A stretch of 64,000 bases of DNA, from IMG/VR virus record IMGVR_UViG_3300025133_000023. The stretch is one strand, 5' to 3'. Made by a program: the position numbers and the translations under genes. Origin of the DNA: a virus. A model generated the notes under the pieces. It was not told the DNA's origin and searched no databases. It saw only the letters and a program-made list of their open reading frames with translations. This document shows, piece after piece, positions 10,689 through 20,223 of this stretch (the stretch's first letter is position 1; each line of letters opens with the position of its first letter).

Positions 10689-13600
10689 TTAACTACCTCC
10701 ACGGTGGTGATTGATTGGTGATGAGAATTGGTCTTTTGAGGCTGCTGTTTGAGCACGGGCCATCCTCATTTTACGCGCCTGACTTCTTGTTTTTGAAACT
10801 GCCCTCTGGAGATGTTTTCCTTCAATTTTAGCACCTCCAGCCTTTTGACTAAAAAAGCTTTTCGCATCAAGGTTCTGGAGAAGAGCTCCTTCCACAGCAT
10901 CAATAGAACCCAAACCACTCAACATATCCCTATAGTCAGCTGGAGCAATTCTCCCTCGCCCTAGCCCATACAGAACATTACTTGAAGGATCTCTTACCTT
11001 TTGGTGCCGAGAAGTCTCATAGGTTTGAGTCCGTGGTTCACCCCAAGGAGTCATACTAGTACTTGTTTCAGTTTTTGTTCTTAAAATCCTACCAGCTAAT
11101 TCATCCTTATCAAGAGAGAGAACTCCTTGGGGAGTTAGCTCTGTTAACGGAATTCCCTTCTTTTCGAGTGTTGACGTAAAGGTATCAAGGATTTCTTTGC
11201 TTATCTTATTATCATTGTAAGCGGCAGTTTCCCTGATTCCATCTGCTCTCACGCTAGAGAAAGTAAGAGGGTCTCTGAAGAAACCAGACCTAACCTTGTA
11301 GTCTCTTAGAATCATTTCGTTTTGAGTGGCCTGAGAGGCAAGGGCAGAAACAGGCTCATCTATGTTATCAGCAACTCTTCTTCCCGAAGCTGTAAGGGTC
11401 GATCCAATATCCTTAGTCGCCCAAGTGTCAACCTGACCAGAACTATAGAGAAAACCAAGAGGGGTATTCTTGAAGATGAAGTCATGGCCTTCTTTAGCTG
11501 GATTAATTAAACTAGCTGAAATACCCCCTGTTCGAGCTTCCTCTGTAAACATTCCCTTAACTCTTGCTTCAAATGTTTCTCTTCCCATAGAAGAGGCCGT
11601 TGCCGCTTCATCAAGAATAAGACCAGCAACAGCAAAAGGTTCGCCCCCAAAGGCTTCAGTATACTCTCCCTTAAGACTCTTAACTGTTCCTCGTGCTCCT
11701 GGCCCATAGGATGGAGAGGGTAGAGCTTTTTCTAAGTTCCTCTTACCCAATCCTCCCGACCTAAGGGCATCTCCCATAGGCCTAAGGCTGGACCAAAGAT
11801 CCAAAACCATAGGAGCAATCTTGCCAATGCTGGGACTACCAAAACCAAACATAGGTCGATACTCACTAGCTATGCCTCCGTGCTGGAAACCCTGGATGTC
11901 GTTGTGGGCTCTTGGGTTACCCTTACGCTTAGCGCGCTTCTTGTTCCTAGAATTGAACCTTCCTACAGTAGAGCGAAGCCTAAAGCCATAGTCTACAAAT
12001 TCCTGCTCATCCTCAATATAGCCTCGCTCATGGGCCCCCCAAGCAGACATAGTCATTTGCTGTAGGGCAGCATCCTTGGCCAACTTATCCATACGGGTCA
12101 TGGTGTTAAAGGTGACTCTAGAACCAGCCTCATCCATGGCGATCTTCTGAGCTTGCCAGAAAGGATCTCCCCACATTCCGCTTCTAGATCCAGAAGCCAC
12201 ATCTTCAGCTCTTTGGAACTGACCTCTATCTACAATGGAAGAACCAGAGTCTCCGAAGGGAAGGTGAGCTGCCTGACCGCCTCGCACAAGCTGAAGGTTG
12301 ATGTTTTGCTGGTCTTCACCATAGAGGAAACCAATCTGTCTACCGTAGGTGCTGGCTTCTGGATCATAGGCTAGAGTAAGGCTGCCTTGAGCCCTGATGA
12401 TTTCTTCAAACTGTTCTGCCGACACCTTACCGTGAGGCTGGTCCTGACCAACACGAACTGGCTCTAGGGGATCGTTTGCGTGACCACCAGTTTCGGGAGC
12501 ATCAATACCGGCAAGACGAATGGAGATTTTCTTTCCAGTACCAAAGCCTAGGAAGTTCTTTCTCCTAAGCATGAGAGTGTCGGCGTCATCGAACTCATAC
12601 TTGTACTTGTCTTTACTAATGTCTACCACCGCCAGGCGCTTCTGTAGCATAGGGTTAACACCACTCAATAGAGCGCCTCCAGAGGCGTCCTGAATAGCCT
12701 TAACCTGTTCGGGGGTGTAGGTTATGCCTGCTCCTAGTGGAATCCTTCCTAGCTTACTCTGGGCCTTGGTCTGGGCCTCCTTGATCATCATCTGCTCTAC
12801 GGCAAAACGACCTGGCTCCTGCCAGACATCTCGTTCCCACTTAGCCTGCTGAGCTCGATACTCTCGCTCTTGCTGAACACGGAAGAACCACGGAGTTCCC
12901 ATTCCCTGATAGCCAGAACCGAATTCAGTATTCTGCTTACGCAGCTGAGGAGCTACACCAAGTTCACTCAATCCTTCTGCGACAAGACGCTCGTCCTTGT
13001 CTGGACTCATAAAGGACGTAAGGACTTCAAAGCCAATCACCGCAGCAGTGAGGGTACCTGCAGACTTAAAGGGATACTTCCTCGCCAACAGAGCAGCACT
13101 GTCTCTAAGTCCCCATTTGCCAGCAGCATCCATCTTTGAAAGAAGCTTCTTGTTAAGCTGAGCTTCTGCCTCTAGGCTAACTCCAGTGTGCTTGAGAGCT
13201 TCAAGCTTGCTAGTGCGCATGCGATTGACTTTACTAGCCTCTCCGTCCCAGTCAAAGCCCTCACTGCCATTCATGTGAACGGTCTTCAAATACTCAACAG
13301 CTTCACTCCATTTCTTTGTTCTAACTTTGTTGGCTACACTGATTGGGGTTGATCTAACAAACGGACTGCCATGAGTAAACACTGGGGCTTCCCAGCTTCT
13401 TCTCCCAGTAACTACCTCTACACCCTTGCCCGTTCTAATCTCTAGCTTGGCGTCGGCTAGGGCTCTACGAATGGCTCGATGCTTAAGCTCTGGTCTGACT
13501 GCTTCCAGTCTCTTCATTACTTGAAGATCGTCTTTGGCCCCGGGGGAAAACAAAGCGCCTATGGCCCCCATAAACCCCTGGTTCAACCCACTCATTCTCT

Positions 13601-14417
13601 GATTTAGCCCAAGGAGCCCTCCTGGCGTTCCCGCCTTACCCAACCTAGGGCCAAACAACACCTTGGCTTCCTGCACAACATCGCCTGCTGCACGGTGAGT
13701 TTCGGCTTCCATGCCCATTGCCATACCCATGACGTTAATTGAGGTGCCTGTGTAGGTGCCTTTTTGGGAGAAGATTCCCAAGTCCATAGCCTGAGAAAAC
13801 ACACTCCTAGCTACGTCCTGAACATCCCTTACCTTGGTACTGGCTCCAGCTCCTGATTTGGCATATTGTTCAATAACACTTGCCCAGTCTCCGGTAGCAT
13901 AGGCAGCGCCTCTGGCAGCTTGGACTCGCCTACCAGTAACGTAGAACATGTTGCCAATGTTTCCCTTTCCTGCAGGGGCTGTTTGGAATTGCTTGCTGAA
14001 CTTGACTAGTTCTTCATCACTTAGATGGTCTCTAGCCATTGCTCCTAGTTGTCGAGACTCAAAGGGTGCGTTGGCAATCCATACTTGCTTGCCTTGTATT
14101 TCTGCAAACAGTTCCCGTAGGAAGTTCCCGGGAGTAGATGATCCCTCAGCAAAAGAAGCGGCGATTCCTGCTCTGGTTGAGGGCTGTCCTTCGAACCTTG
14201 CTCTAGTCCATGGCTCCATGGACTCAGCAGCTGCGTCTGCAGCGATTGCTTCTTTCCCTGCATGTGGCCTAATGGACCACCTTCTTACTTTGCCGGTTTG
14301 TAAGTCATACCAAGCCGCTTCCCAGACGGGACTTCCTTTCTCAAGACCAAAGGTCTCAATATCTAGGAAGCCTGCATTAAGGGCAAATGGATGGATGTTC
14401 TTTAAATTTGACTTCAT
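10689..14417 (-). CDS. Large multidomain protein: N-terminal DEDDh exonuclease plus central thermonuclease (SNase) domain
   Basis: ExoI GFLDIETFG, ExoII ANAPFES, ExoIII HRAAGDV; SNase DADTL..IRLAGIDAPE..STYGRQIG..NLQLVRGGQA..AEDVASGSRSGMW. Confidence 0.8.
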   Translation of the reverse strand: MKSNLKNIHPFALNAGFLDIETFGLEKGSPVWEAAWYDLQTGKVRRWSIRPHAGKEAIAADAAAESMEPWTRARFEGQPSTRAGIAASFAEGSSTPGNFLRELFAEIQGKQVWIANAPFESRQLGAMARDHLSDEELVKFSKQFQTAPAGKGNIGNMFYVTGRRVQAARGAAYATGDWASVIEQYAKSGAGASTKVRDVQDVARSVFSQAMDLGIFSQKGTYTGTSINVMGMAMGMEAETHRAAGDVVQEAKVLFGPRLGKAGTPGGLLGLNQRMSGLNQGFMGAIGALFSPGAKDDLQVMKRLEAVRPELKHRAIRRALADAKLEIRTGKGVEVVTGRRSWEAPVFTHGSPFVRSTPISVANKVRTKKWSEAVEYLKTVHMNGSEGFDWDGEASKVNRMRTSKLEALKHTGVSLEAEAQLNKKLLSKMDAAGKWGLRDSAALLARKYPFKSAGTLTAAVIGFEVLTSFMSPDKDERLVAEGLSELGVAPQLRKQNTEFGSGYQGMGTPWFFRVQQEREYRAQQAKWERDVWQEPGRFAVEQMMIKEAQTKAQSKLGRIPLGAGITYTPEQVKAIQDASGGALLSGVNPMLQKRLAVVDISKDKYKYEFDDADTLMLRRKNFLGFGTGKKISIRLAGIDAPETGGHANDPLEPVRVGQDQPHGKVSAEQFEEIIRAQGSLTLAYDPEASTYGRQIGFLYGEDQQNINLQLVRGGQAAHLPFGDSGSSIVDRGQFQRAEDVASGSRSGMWGDPFWQAQKIAMDEAGSRVTFNTMTRMDKLAKDAALQQMTMSAWGAHERGYIEDEQEFVDYGFRLRSTVGRFNSRNKKRAKRKGNPRAHNDIQGFQHGGIASEYRPMFGFGSPSIGKIAPMVLDLWSSLRPMGDALRSGGLGKRNLEKALPSPSYGPGARGTVKSLKGEYTEAFGGEPFAVAGLILDEAATASSMGRETFEARVKGMFTEEARTGGISASLINPAKEGHDFIFKNTPLGFLYSSGQVDTWATKDIGSTLTASGRRVADNIDEPVSALASQATQNEMILRDYKVRSGFFRDPLTFSSVRADGIRETAAYNDNKISKEILDTFTSTLEKKGIPLTELTPQGVLSLDKDELAGRILRTKTETSTSMTPWGEPRTQTYETSRHQKVRDPSSNVLYGLGRGRIAPADYRDMLSGLGSIDAVEGALLQNLDAKSFFSQKAGGAKIEGKHLQRAVSKTRSQARKMRMARAQTAASKDQFSSPINHHRGGS

Positions 14418-14455
14418 TGGGGCCTATGCTAGTACAGAAGGGAAGGAGTGGGCGA

Positions 14456-15328
14456 CTACTCTAGGGTATCATCCTCCTCATCATCCAGCACTTCAACAAC
14501 CTCAGCTTCGATAAAGTCATCTCGTTCTTGAAGGCGACGAGCAAGATCTGCCATTACCTCTGTGAGCTCATTTTGACGACTAGTGCCAAGAGCTGCCTGG
14601 GCCTTGACCTTGGACTGCCTATCTCCAATCATGGCTCGGATTAGTTCCTGCTTCATGCGGTGGATCTTTTCTTTAAGCTCGAATGCGGGATGGAGGCGCT
14701 TGTTGGTGATTTCTGTCCCAGGATCATCGGTGCGGGGGTTGATGATAATGGTCGCTACCTCATCCATAATGATAGCCTCTTTGGCTAGAATTTGCGAGGC
14801 ACGAGCGTCATATATGTCAAGTTCAGCTAATTTGCTAATGATCGACATGTCTGTGACGTTATTACTGTCACTGGGATCTACATTGAACTCCATGCACAGA
14901 TCTTGCACCTTCATAGCAATGAGGGTGTTCTCATAGGGACACTGCTCAAACACCGGCCACTTGGAGTTGGCAGTGTCAATCACAGGCAGGCTGTCGTGAC
15001 CACGCTGCGGCTTGTTTGTTTTTTTGTCCATGACAAACCTAGTCAAACCACACTGCCTACCTACTGGACACTTAATCCCACCCGGACATATCATGGGAAC
15101 CCTGGCGTGAAGCCCAGTCCGCAAACTTATCATGGAGTTCTTAAACCTTTCAGCTGTGGTTGGATCTAGTTCCAAATCATAGCTGGCAAGGGGGATTTTG
15201 AGGAACTTGAAGTACTCTTCCTTATCTATAGCTTTAGTAGAGGCTACGTCATGGGTGATTGTGTCAAGCCCTATTGTTTTGACTAGAGTTGTGCTGCTGT
15301 TGTTGTCATTGTTGTTGTTTGATGACAT
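14456..15328 (-). CDS. Probable terminase small subunit
   Basis: Helical, Cys cluster, acidic tail, located at the head of the packaging operon; start at the TAATG overlap 15328; assignment is mainly positional. Confidence 0.4.
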   Translation of the reverse strand: MSSNNNNDNNSSTTLVKTIGLDTITHDVASTKAIDKEEYFKFLKIPLASYDLELDPTTAERFKNSMISLRTGLHARVPMICPGGIKCPVGRQCGLTRFVMDKKTNKPQRGHDSLPVIDTANSKWPVFEQCPYENTLIAMKVQDLCMEFNVDPSDSNNVTDMSIISKLAELDIYDARASQILAKEAIIMDEVATIIINPRTDDPGTEITNKRLHPAFELKEKIHRMKQELIRAMIGDRQSKVKAQAALGTSRQNELTEVMADLARRLQERDDFIEAEVVEVLDDEEDDTLE

Positions 15329-15582
15329 TATCTTTTGTTCCGTTCCCACTCACTGACAAGGTCTTCGTTCTCCCCTAGCCATTGGATGAACTCTTCCTGC
15401 TCGAGTTGTTCAAACAGCTTCTTTGTTTTCTTAGCATAGGCGCAGTTGTGATAGTAGGGGCCTCTGGAGGAGAAATATCTATAGCGCCTAGCATGGCTAT
15501 TCCACCAACGCCCACTTCTTTCTTCACCCAAATAGTTGAGCAAGTCCCCAAAGCCTTTAAGCTGATTGATTGTGATTTCCAC
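15328..15582 (-). CDS. Hypothetical protein
   Basis: 84 aa; GTG start; TAATG coupling to the downstream gene. Confidence 0.45.
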   Translation of the reverse strand: MEITINQLKGFGDLLNYLGEERSGRWWNSHARRYRYFSSRGPYYHNCAYAKKTKKLFEQLEQEEFIQWLGENEDLVSEWERNKR

Positions 15583-15598
15583 GTGAGATTATTTCAGC

Positions 15599-16330
15599 CT
15601 AGGCATTGACACGAGTAAGGTCATACCTATATACGCGCGACTTACTAAGAGCATCCTCAAATCCCTGCTTCTGCCAGCGATCTTTTCTTCCCTGAAAGGC
15701 TTCAAACCTTGAGTAGCGGGCCCTTTGCATTGCATCAATCTTAGCATCCAATACTTCACCATAGATGAGCTTACCATTGGTGAGCCTAAGCCCGGGGATT
15801 GAGATGTGCAACCAAGCACTACGGGCCCCTACTTCATAAATGGCCTGGCCAAACGGATTTGGACACTCTTCTCTCGCCCAGTCCCATAGCTCTCGTACAG
15901 GAATTCCACTAACCCTTACATCGGCGGCTTCACCTCTGCTGTGTTGAGAACGAGGCTTGTACTTTTTCTTAGCATAGACGGATCTAATGTCAACATCGAT
16001 GCCTTCCCACCAGTTAGTAGATTGATCTAGCTTGATGGTGTCTTGCTCTGCCCATCTCATTGCTGAGTTAATCATTATGGGGCGCTTAAAGTAGTCCCTC
16101 ATAGGCTGCAACAAGGTTGTGCAGAGTTTGGTAAGAGATGCTCGATAATAGTGCGCATAGAGGAAGTTAACCGCTTCCGTACGACCGGTACGCCACGTGT
16201 TGGCCATTTCCCATAGGGAAAAGTTGGGCGATAGTTTGTCTTTGCGACTGGCTTCTATAAAAGCAGGCGTAATAGAGCTAAGTTTAAGTGTGAATTGTGT
16301 CATTGGTTGTGGTTGGCTTAACTTCGTCAT
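15599..16330 (-). CDS. Peptidase M15 family (Zn peptidase), probable endolysin
   Basis: LSPNFSLWEM, LQPMRDYFKRPIMINSAMR, SQHSRGEAADVRV, WLHIS motifs. Confidence 0.85.
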   Translation of the reverse strand: MTKLSQPQPMTQFTLKLSSITPAFIEASRKDKLSPNFSLWEMANTWRTGRTEAVNFLYAHYYRASLTKLCTTLLQPMRDYFKRPIMINSAMRWAEQDTIKLDQSTNWWEGIDVDIRSVYAKKKYKPRSQHSRGEAADVRVSGIPVRELWDWAREECPNPFGQAIYEVGARSAWLHISIPGLRLTNGKLIYGEVLDAKIDAMQRARYSRFEAFQGRKDRWQKQGFEDALSKSRVYRYDLTRVNA

Positions 16331-16740
16331 TGGTTGTTCTATTCCTCCTAAAGGGACCTTAGTTAGGAACCATGGGTAGATTCTATCATAAGATAAGATT
16401 CATATAAAGAAAAGAGAATTGGGTGAAAACGAGAGAGAAAAGCTTAATGAAAGCCTAATAGGGAAGTGAAAAATGAAAAAGAGTATGGGAGTAGAGTTAA
16501 GTAAGGTTAGCTAAGCTAGGGTTGTCGGTTTTTCAAAAAAAACTTATGAAGTTGAGGAATACCTAATGAAATTGAGAAAAGCCCTATGGGGAAAGAGAAA
16601 AGTAAAATAAAATATCGGGGAGGGAGGTATAGAGAGACTAGGACTGTAGGGGTCCCAGTTTTTCGGAGACCCCCGGGGTCCATATCTGGCATGTAGTCAG
16701 GTCTGGTAATCCTAGGCGTCTCACGGGCAACCCTGCCCAC
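16331..16740. other. Divergent intergenic region between the late (minus) and early (plus) blocks
   Basis: No credible ORF; strongly purine-rich plus strand at 16380-16650; GGGGTC/GACCCC inverted repeat near 16650-16675. Confidence 0.6.
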
Positions 16741-16742
16741 TC

Positions 16743-16761
16743 ACACTCTTGAAGGGAGTGT
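16743..16761 (+). promoter_or_regulatory. TTGAARG-loop hairpin over the SD, copy 1
   Basis: ACACTC-TTGAAGG-GAGTGT, ATG at 16767. Confidence 0.65.
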
Positions 16762-16766
16762 TACAC

Positions 16767-18551
16767 ATGGCTACCATCGATATGTTCCTGTTCGTCCTCT
16801 TCGCCATCTGCTTCGCCGCCCCCACCGTCGCCTGGATCTTCCTCATCGTCACCGAGCGGGCCTCGACCTGCTCGCCCCTCCAGGTCGCCGTGACCTTCAC
16901 CCCGCCCCTCCCCAGGTACAACGAGGTGGACTACGAGGTGGTGGATGTGTCCCCCATGCCCACCACCTACTCGTCCATCCTCTTCGTGCGCACACACGTA
17001 CTGGACCTGCGTCCTGATGGTGATGTCGTGCTCGATGGTGAGTGGAGCATGGTCAAGGCTGAGGACAAGCAGTCATACACCATGCGTGCCCATGGTAGCG
17101 TGGTGCGCTACCGCTACCACCACAACACCAACTACTCCCGTGCTGTCAACACACGCAGCACCCTCAGCACCACGATCACCGTGCATGAGGAGAGGGTCAA
17201 GGTGCCTGTGCCCACCCTCACCCCTGAGCCCACCTACCACTACATCCTGGTAGGCAGCACGGCAAGTGAGCAGGACATGGTGGACTACGTGTCCGCCTTC
17301 GACCTCGTGCTGTATCAGGTCTACCCTGGCTACATCGGGAACACCACTGTATGGGACTTCACCTCCAAGGACGACCCGTACACCATCCACAGCTGGGTGT
17401 TCCTCGACAATCCCGAGCTGGTCATGGAGACAGAGGAGGAGATGTGGGAGCGCAAGGCTTCCCGTGTCCGTCCCTCTGCTGCCCTGGGTGTGCGTGGTAG
17501 CCACACCAAGGGGTGGAAGCACGACCGCGTGGCCCGACAGCGGTGCGTCTACAAGCACAGCATGGTGATGGACAAGCAGTGGGGTCACACCACCTACATG
17601 CCCACTGATGAGGATGTGCGTGCATGGCAGGCTGATGAGGATGTGCACGTGAGCACCCGCACGGTGCAGTCGAACAAGCCCTCTCCTCGCAAGCCCCGGC
17701 AGAAGTACAAGGGCAAGGTTGTGCAGGCTGACATCCTCAACGCCGACTACCTCACCGACGCGGTCTGGGAAGCGAGGGAAGTCAGCAACGACCAGTGGAA
17801 GGCTGGTTGGTGCAAGTGGGACGAGATCGACATCGACCTCGAATGGGTCGATATGTCGAACGCCATCGACGCCGAGGAGCTGCTCCACCAGGGAGAGTGG
17901 CCCTTCGAGTTCCTCTGCGACATCTGTGGCAGCAACGCCTGCAGCTGCGAGGAGGACGACGACGGCGAGCACTGCTGTGGGTATGGTGAGTGCGACTGCG
18001 ACTTCGGGGATGAGCGGTGCAGCCGATGCAGGCAGTGGTACGCCACGTGCTCGTGTGGTGGCTCGCTGGTCTCCGAGACCTGGGCCGAGTACGCCAAGAG
18101 GGAGGCCTACCTCGACACCGTGGTCGAAGGCAAGACCAACCGTGAATGGGAAGACATCCATAGCTCCCTCAAGGAGACGGATGAAGGTCCCGGCCAGCAG
18201 GCTGACGAGGACTTCAAGCCCGACATGGACGTGCTCTGGGCCAACGTGGTCAAGTCCTTCGAGCTGTTGGGGCAGTGGCCGTTCGAGTTCCGCTGTGACA
18301 CCTGTGGGAGCAACGCCTGCTCCTGCGAAGAGGACAAGGCCATCAACGACCAGGAGGAGTACGACAAGGCCAACAACCTGTGCCTGAACTGTCACCAGAA
18401 CCCCTGTTGCTTCGACTGCGTCTACGATGACGATCCGCAGCAGGAAGAGGACGACTTCGGGGCAGAGGCCGAGGTCGCCAAGCGTAAAGAGGCCAAGACG
18501 GACTGGTCCAAGGTCACGATGGAAGACCCCTTTTCCATCACAGACTTCTAG
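16767..18551 (+). CDS. Membrane-anchored Cys-rich acidic protein
   Basis: N-terminal TM segment; duplicated WPFEFxCDxCGSNACSCEED motif; many Cys clusters. Confidence 0.7.
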   Translation: MATIDMFLFVLFAICFAAPTVAWIFLIVTERASTCSPLQVAVTFTPPLPRYNEVDYEVVDVSPMPTTYSSILFVRTHVLDLRPDGDVVLDGEWSMVKAEDKQSYTMRAHGSVVRYRYHHNTNYSRAVNTRSTLSTTITVHEERVKVPVPTLTPEPTYHYILVGSTASEQDMVDYVSAFDLVLYQVYPGYIGNTTVWDFTSKDDPYTIHSWVFLDNPELVMETEEEMWERKASRVRPSAALGVRGSHTKGWKHDRVARQRCVYKHSMVMDKQWGHTTYMPTDEDVRAWQADEDVHVSTRTVQSNKPSPRKPRQKYKGKVVQADILNADYLTDAVWEAREVSNDQWKAGWCKWDEIDIDLEWVDMSNAIDAEELLHQGEWPFEFLCDICGSNACSCEEDDDGEHCCGYGECDCDFGDERCSRCRQWYATCSCGGSLVSETWAEYAKREAYLDTVVEGKTNREWEDIHSSLKETDEGPGQQADEDFKPDMDVLWANVVKSFELLGQWPFEFRCDTCGSNACSCEEDKAINDQEEYDKANNLCLNCHQNPCCFDCVYDDDPQQEEDDFGAEAEVAKRKEAKTDWSKVTMEDPFSITDF

Positions 18552-18602
18552 GCCCTACACCTAGTCGTCGCTCCCTTCAGGCCACATCCATCCCAATGGG
18601 GT

Positions 18603-18668
18603 GGATGCTGCGCCTTAGTACCAGTGGTGTCCCAGATGGGGCATTACTGTTACTAAGATGCGGTATCC
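18603..18668 (+). promoter_or_regulatory. Long imperfect G.U-rich rod hairpin
   Basis: GGATGCTGCG/TGCGGTATCC, TTAGTA/TACTAA, CAGTGGTGTCCC/GGGGCATTACTG. Confidence 0.6.
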
Positions 18669-18699
18669 GACCGCTAGGGGTAATCATACCCCACCTTTG

Positions 18700-18716
18700 C
18701 ACTCTTGAAAGGAGTG
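18700..18716 (+). promoter_or_regulatory. TTGAARG-loop hairpin over the SD, copy 2
   Basis: CACTC-TTGAAAG-GAGTG, ATG at 18723. Confidence 0.65.
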
Positions 18717-18722
18717 TTAGTT

Positions 18723-19382
18723 ATGTTGCTGTTGCTGGCCATTTTGGCCATGGTGTCCCTCGCCACCCTCGTCCGTCTCCAGATCCGGACGGCGTCGAAG
18801 AACCGTTTCACCCTCATCGAGGAGATGATCATCATGGGCCCCATGTGGTTCGTGCTGCTCCCGATCATGTCCTGGATGTTCCCCGACATCTGGGTGGGAG
18901 TGATCGGCCACTTCTTCATGAGCTGGGGGTACGTGTACAACACCGTGCTCACGGGGGTGCTGTGTGTGTCGATCGGATTGAGTCTGGATCGTCCGACTTA
19001 TCTCTGGGACAAGCCAACGGCTGTCCTGAGTTCCGTCATCCTCCTGGCCTTCGGCCTGGGCATGATGTGGGACCGCATCCCCTACGTCCAGTGGGACAGC
19101 AACGTGCACCAGTTCCTGAAGGACACCTTCGTCCAGTGGATGAACACCTGTGGCCATGCCATGCTCATCCTCGTGTGGTTCCGGGCCGCTCGGTACTGGG
19201 ACTGCACCATGGGTCGGGCCTTCATGAACAGCCTCATGTGCAGTGCCAAGGCCATGCGTCTCACGGTCAGGGTGCTGAAGCGTGACGGTACCTCGACATG
19301 GTCGGCGTTCTGGATCATTGCGATCCTCGCCTTCGCCTTCGGGCACAACGTCGTCGTCCTCTTCAACACAATCGGATACTAA
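18723..19382 (+). CDS. Polytopic membrane protein
   Basis: About 220 aa with multiple hydrophobic helices; RBS and codon bias. Confidence 0.7.
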   Translation: MLLLLAILAMVSLATLVRLQIRTASKNRFTLIEEMIIMGPMWFVLLPIMSWMFPDIWVGVIGHFFMSWGYVYNTVLTGVLCVSIGLSLDRPTYLWDKPTAVLSSVILLAFGLGMMWDRIPYVQWDSNVHQFLKDTFVQWMNTCGHAMLILVWFRAARYWDCTMGRAFMNSLMCSAKAMRLTVRVLKRDGTSTWSAFWIIAILAFAFGHNVVVLFNTIGY

Positions 19383-19392
19383 GGAGTAGACA

Positions 19393-19485
19393 ATGCTCAT
19401 CGATGACGACCTGGGCCTCGCCCTCCACCTGTTCATCAACGAGATGAACCTCAAGATCCTGTTGGGCTACATGAGCCTCAACTAA
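19393..19485 (+). CDS. Small 30-aa peptide
   Basis: AAGGAG RBS plus ATG and C-ending codons; below the ORF-track cutoff. Confidence 0.45.
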   Translation: MLIDDDLGLALHLFINEMNLKILLGYMSLN

Positions 19486-19492
19486 CCTTCTT

Positions 19493-19606
19493 CCCAGGGC
19501 TGCGTCTGGAGAAACAACGCAGTAACACCCCATCCAGGGTCACAAGGCCTGGAGCCACAATCTCGTGGTAGCTGTGGAGTGAGTCGATAAAGGGTAACCA
19601 ATCCCT
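19493..19606 (+). ncRNA. Structured leader/ncRNA, copy A
   Basis: Shares CCCAGGGCTGCGTCTGG..CAACGCAG..ACAAGGCC..GGGTAACCAATCCC with copy B. Confidence 0.5.
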
Positions 19607-19621
19607 GTAGGAGTGCTAGAC

Positions 19622-19906
19622 ATGACCAAGCCTTTCCGTTCTCACTTCTGCCCTCGCTGCCGGCACAAGGGCAGCACTCAGGTGGACAACATGCGCTGCG
19701 ACGTCTACCTTTGCGGAGGGCCCCATCAGCGGCAGGAGATCTGGGGAGAGGTCCACGAGTGGCCGTCCCAGAAAATCATCGTCCGCCACGGGCGATTCGT
19801 TAAGGGTGAGCAGCTCGGTGAGGGCGTGGTCTGGGAGGACCAGATCCTCAACGGCACCACCACCATCGTCAAGGCCGCGAAGGCCATCCTCAACAAGGAG
19901 TCCTAG
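19622..19906 (+). CDS. Hypothetical protein with CxxC
   Basis: AGGAG RBS; codon bias. Confidence 0.6.
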   Translation: MTKPFRSHFCPRCRHKGSTQVDNMRCDVYLCGGPHQRQEIWGEVHEWPSQKIIVRHGRFVKGEQLGEGVVWEDQILNGTTTIVKAAKAILNKES

Positions 19907-19907
19907 A

Positions 19908-20072
19908 ATGAAGATCAAGCTTGCCGCAATCATCGAGTTCCTCTACATGGCCCAGCGTGACGGCTGGACCCTGGACTTCATCCTGCAGCAGTTGCACTTC
20001 GTGCACTCGGGTACGCGGGACGAACGCCTGCACGACAACATGATCGTGCTCATCGAGGCCATTGAGGACTAA
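19908..20072 (+). CDS. Small hypothetical protein
   Basis: AAGGAG RBS; codon bias. Confidence 0.55.
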   Translation: MKIKLAAIIEFLYMAQRDGWTLDFILQQLHFVHSGTRDERLHDNMIVLIEAIED

Positions 20073-20081
20073 CCAACCTCA

Positions 20082-20205
20082 CCCAGGGCTGCGTCTGGGT
20101 TATCAACGCAGGAGCTACAAGGCCACTCGTTCTTGAGTGGTGGGGTGCGAAGGCCTAGGCCCCCGTAAGCAAAGTAGAGGCATCAACAAGGGGTAACCAA
20201 TCCCC
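20082..20205 (+). ncRNA. Structured leader/ncRNA, copy B
   Basis: Same conserved blocks as copy A with different spacer hairpins. Confidence 0.5.
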
Positions 20206-20223
20206 AAGCTAGGAGATAGTCAG

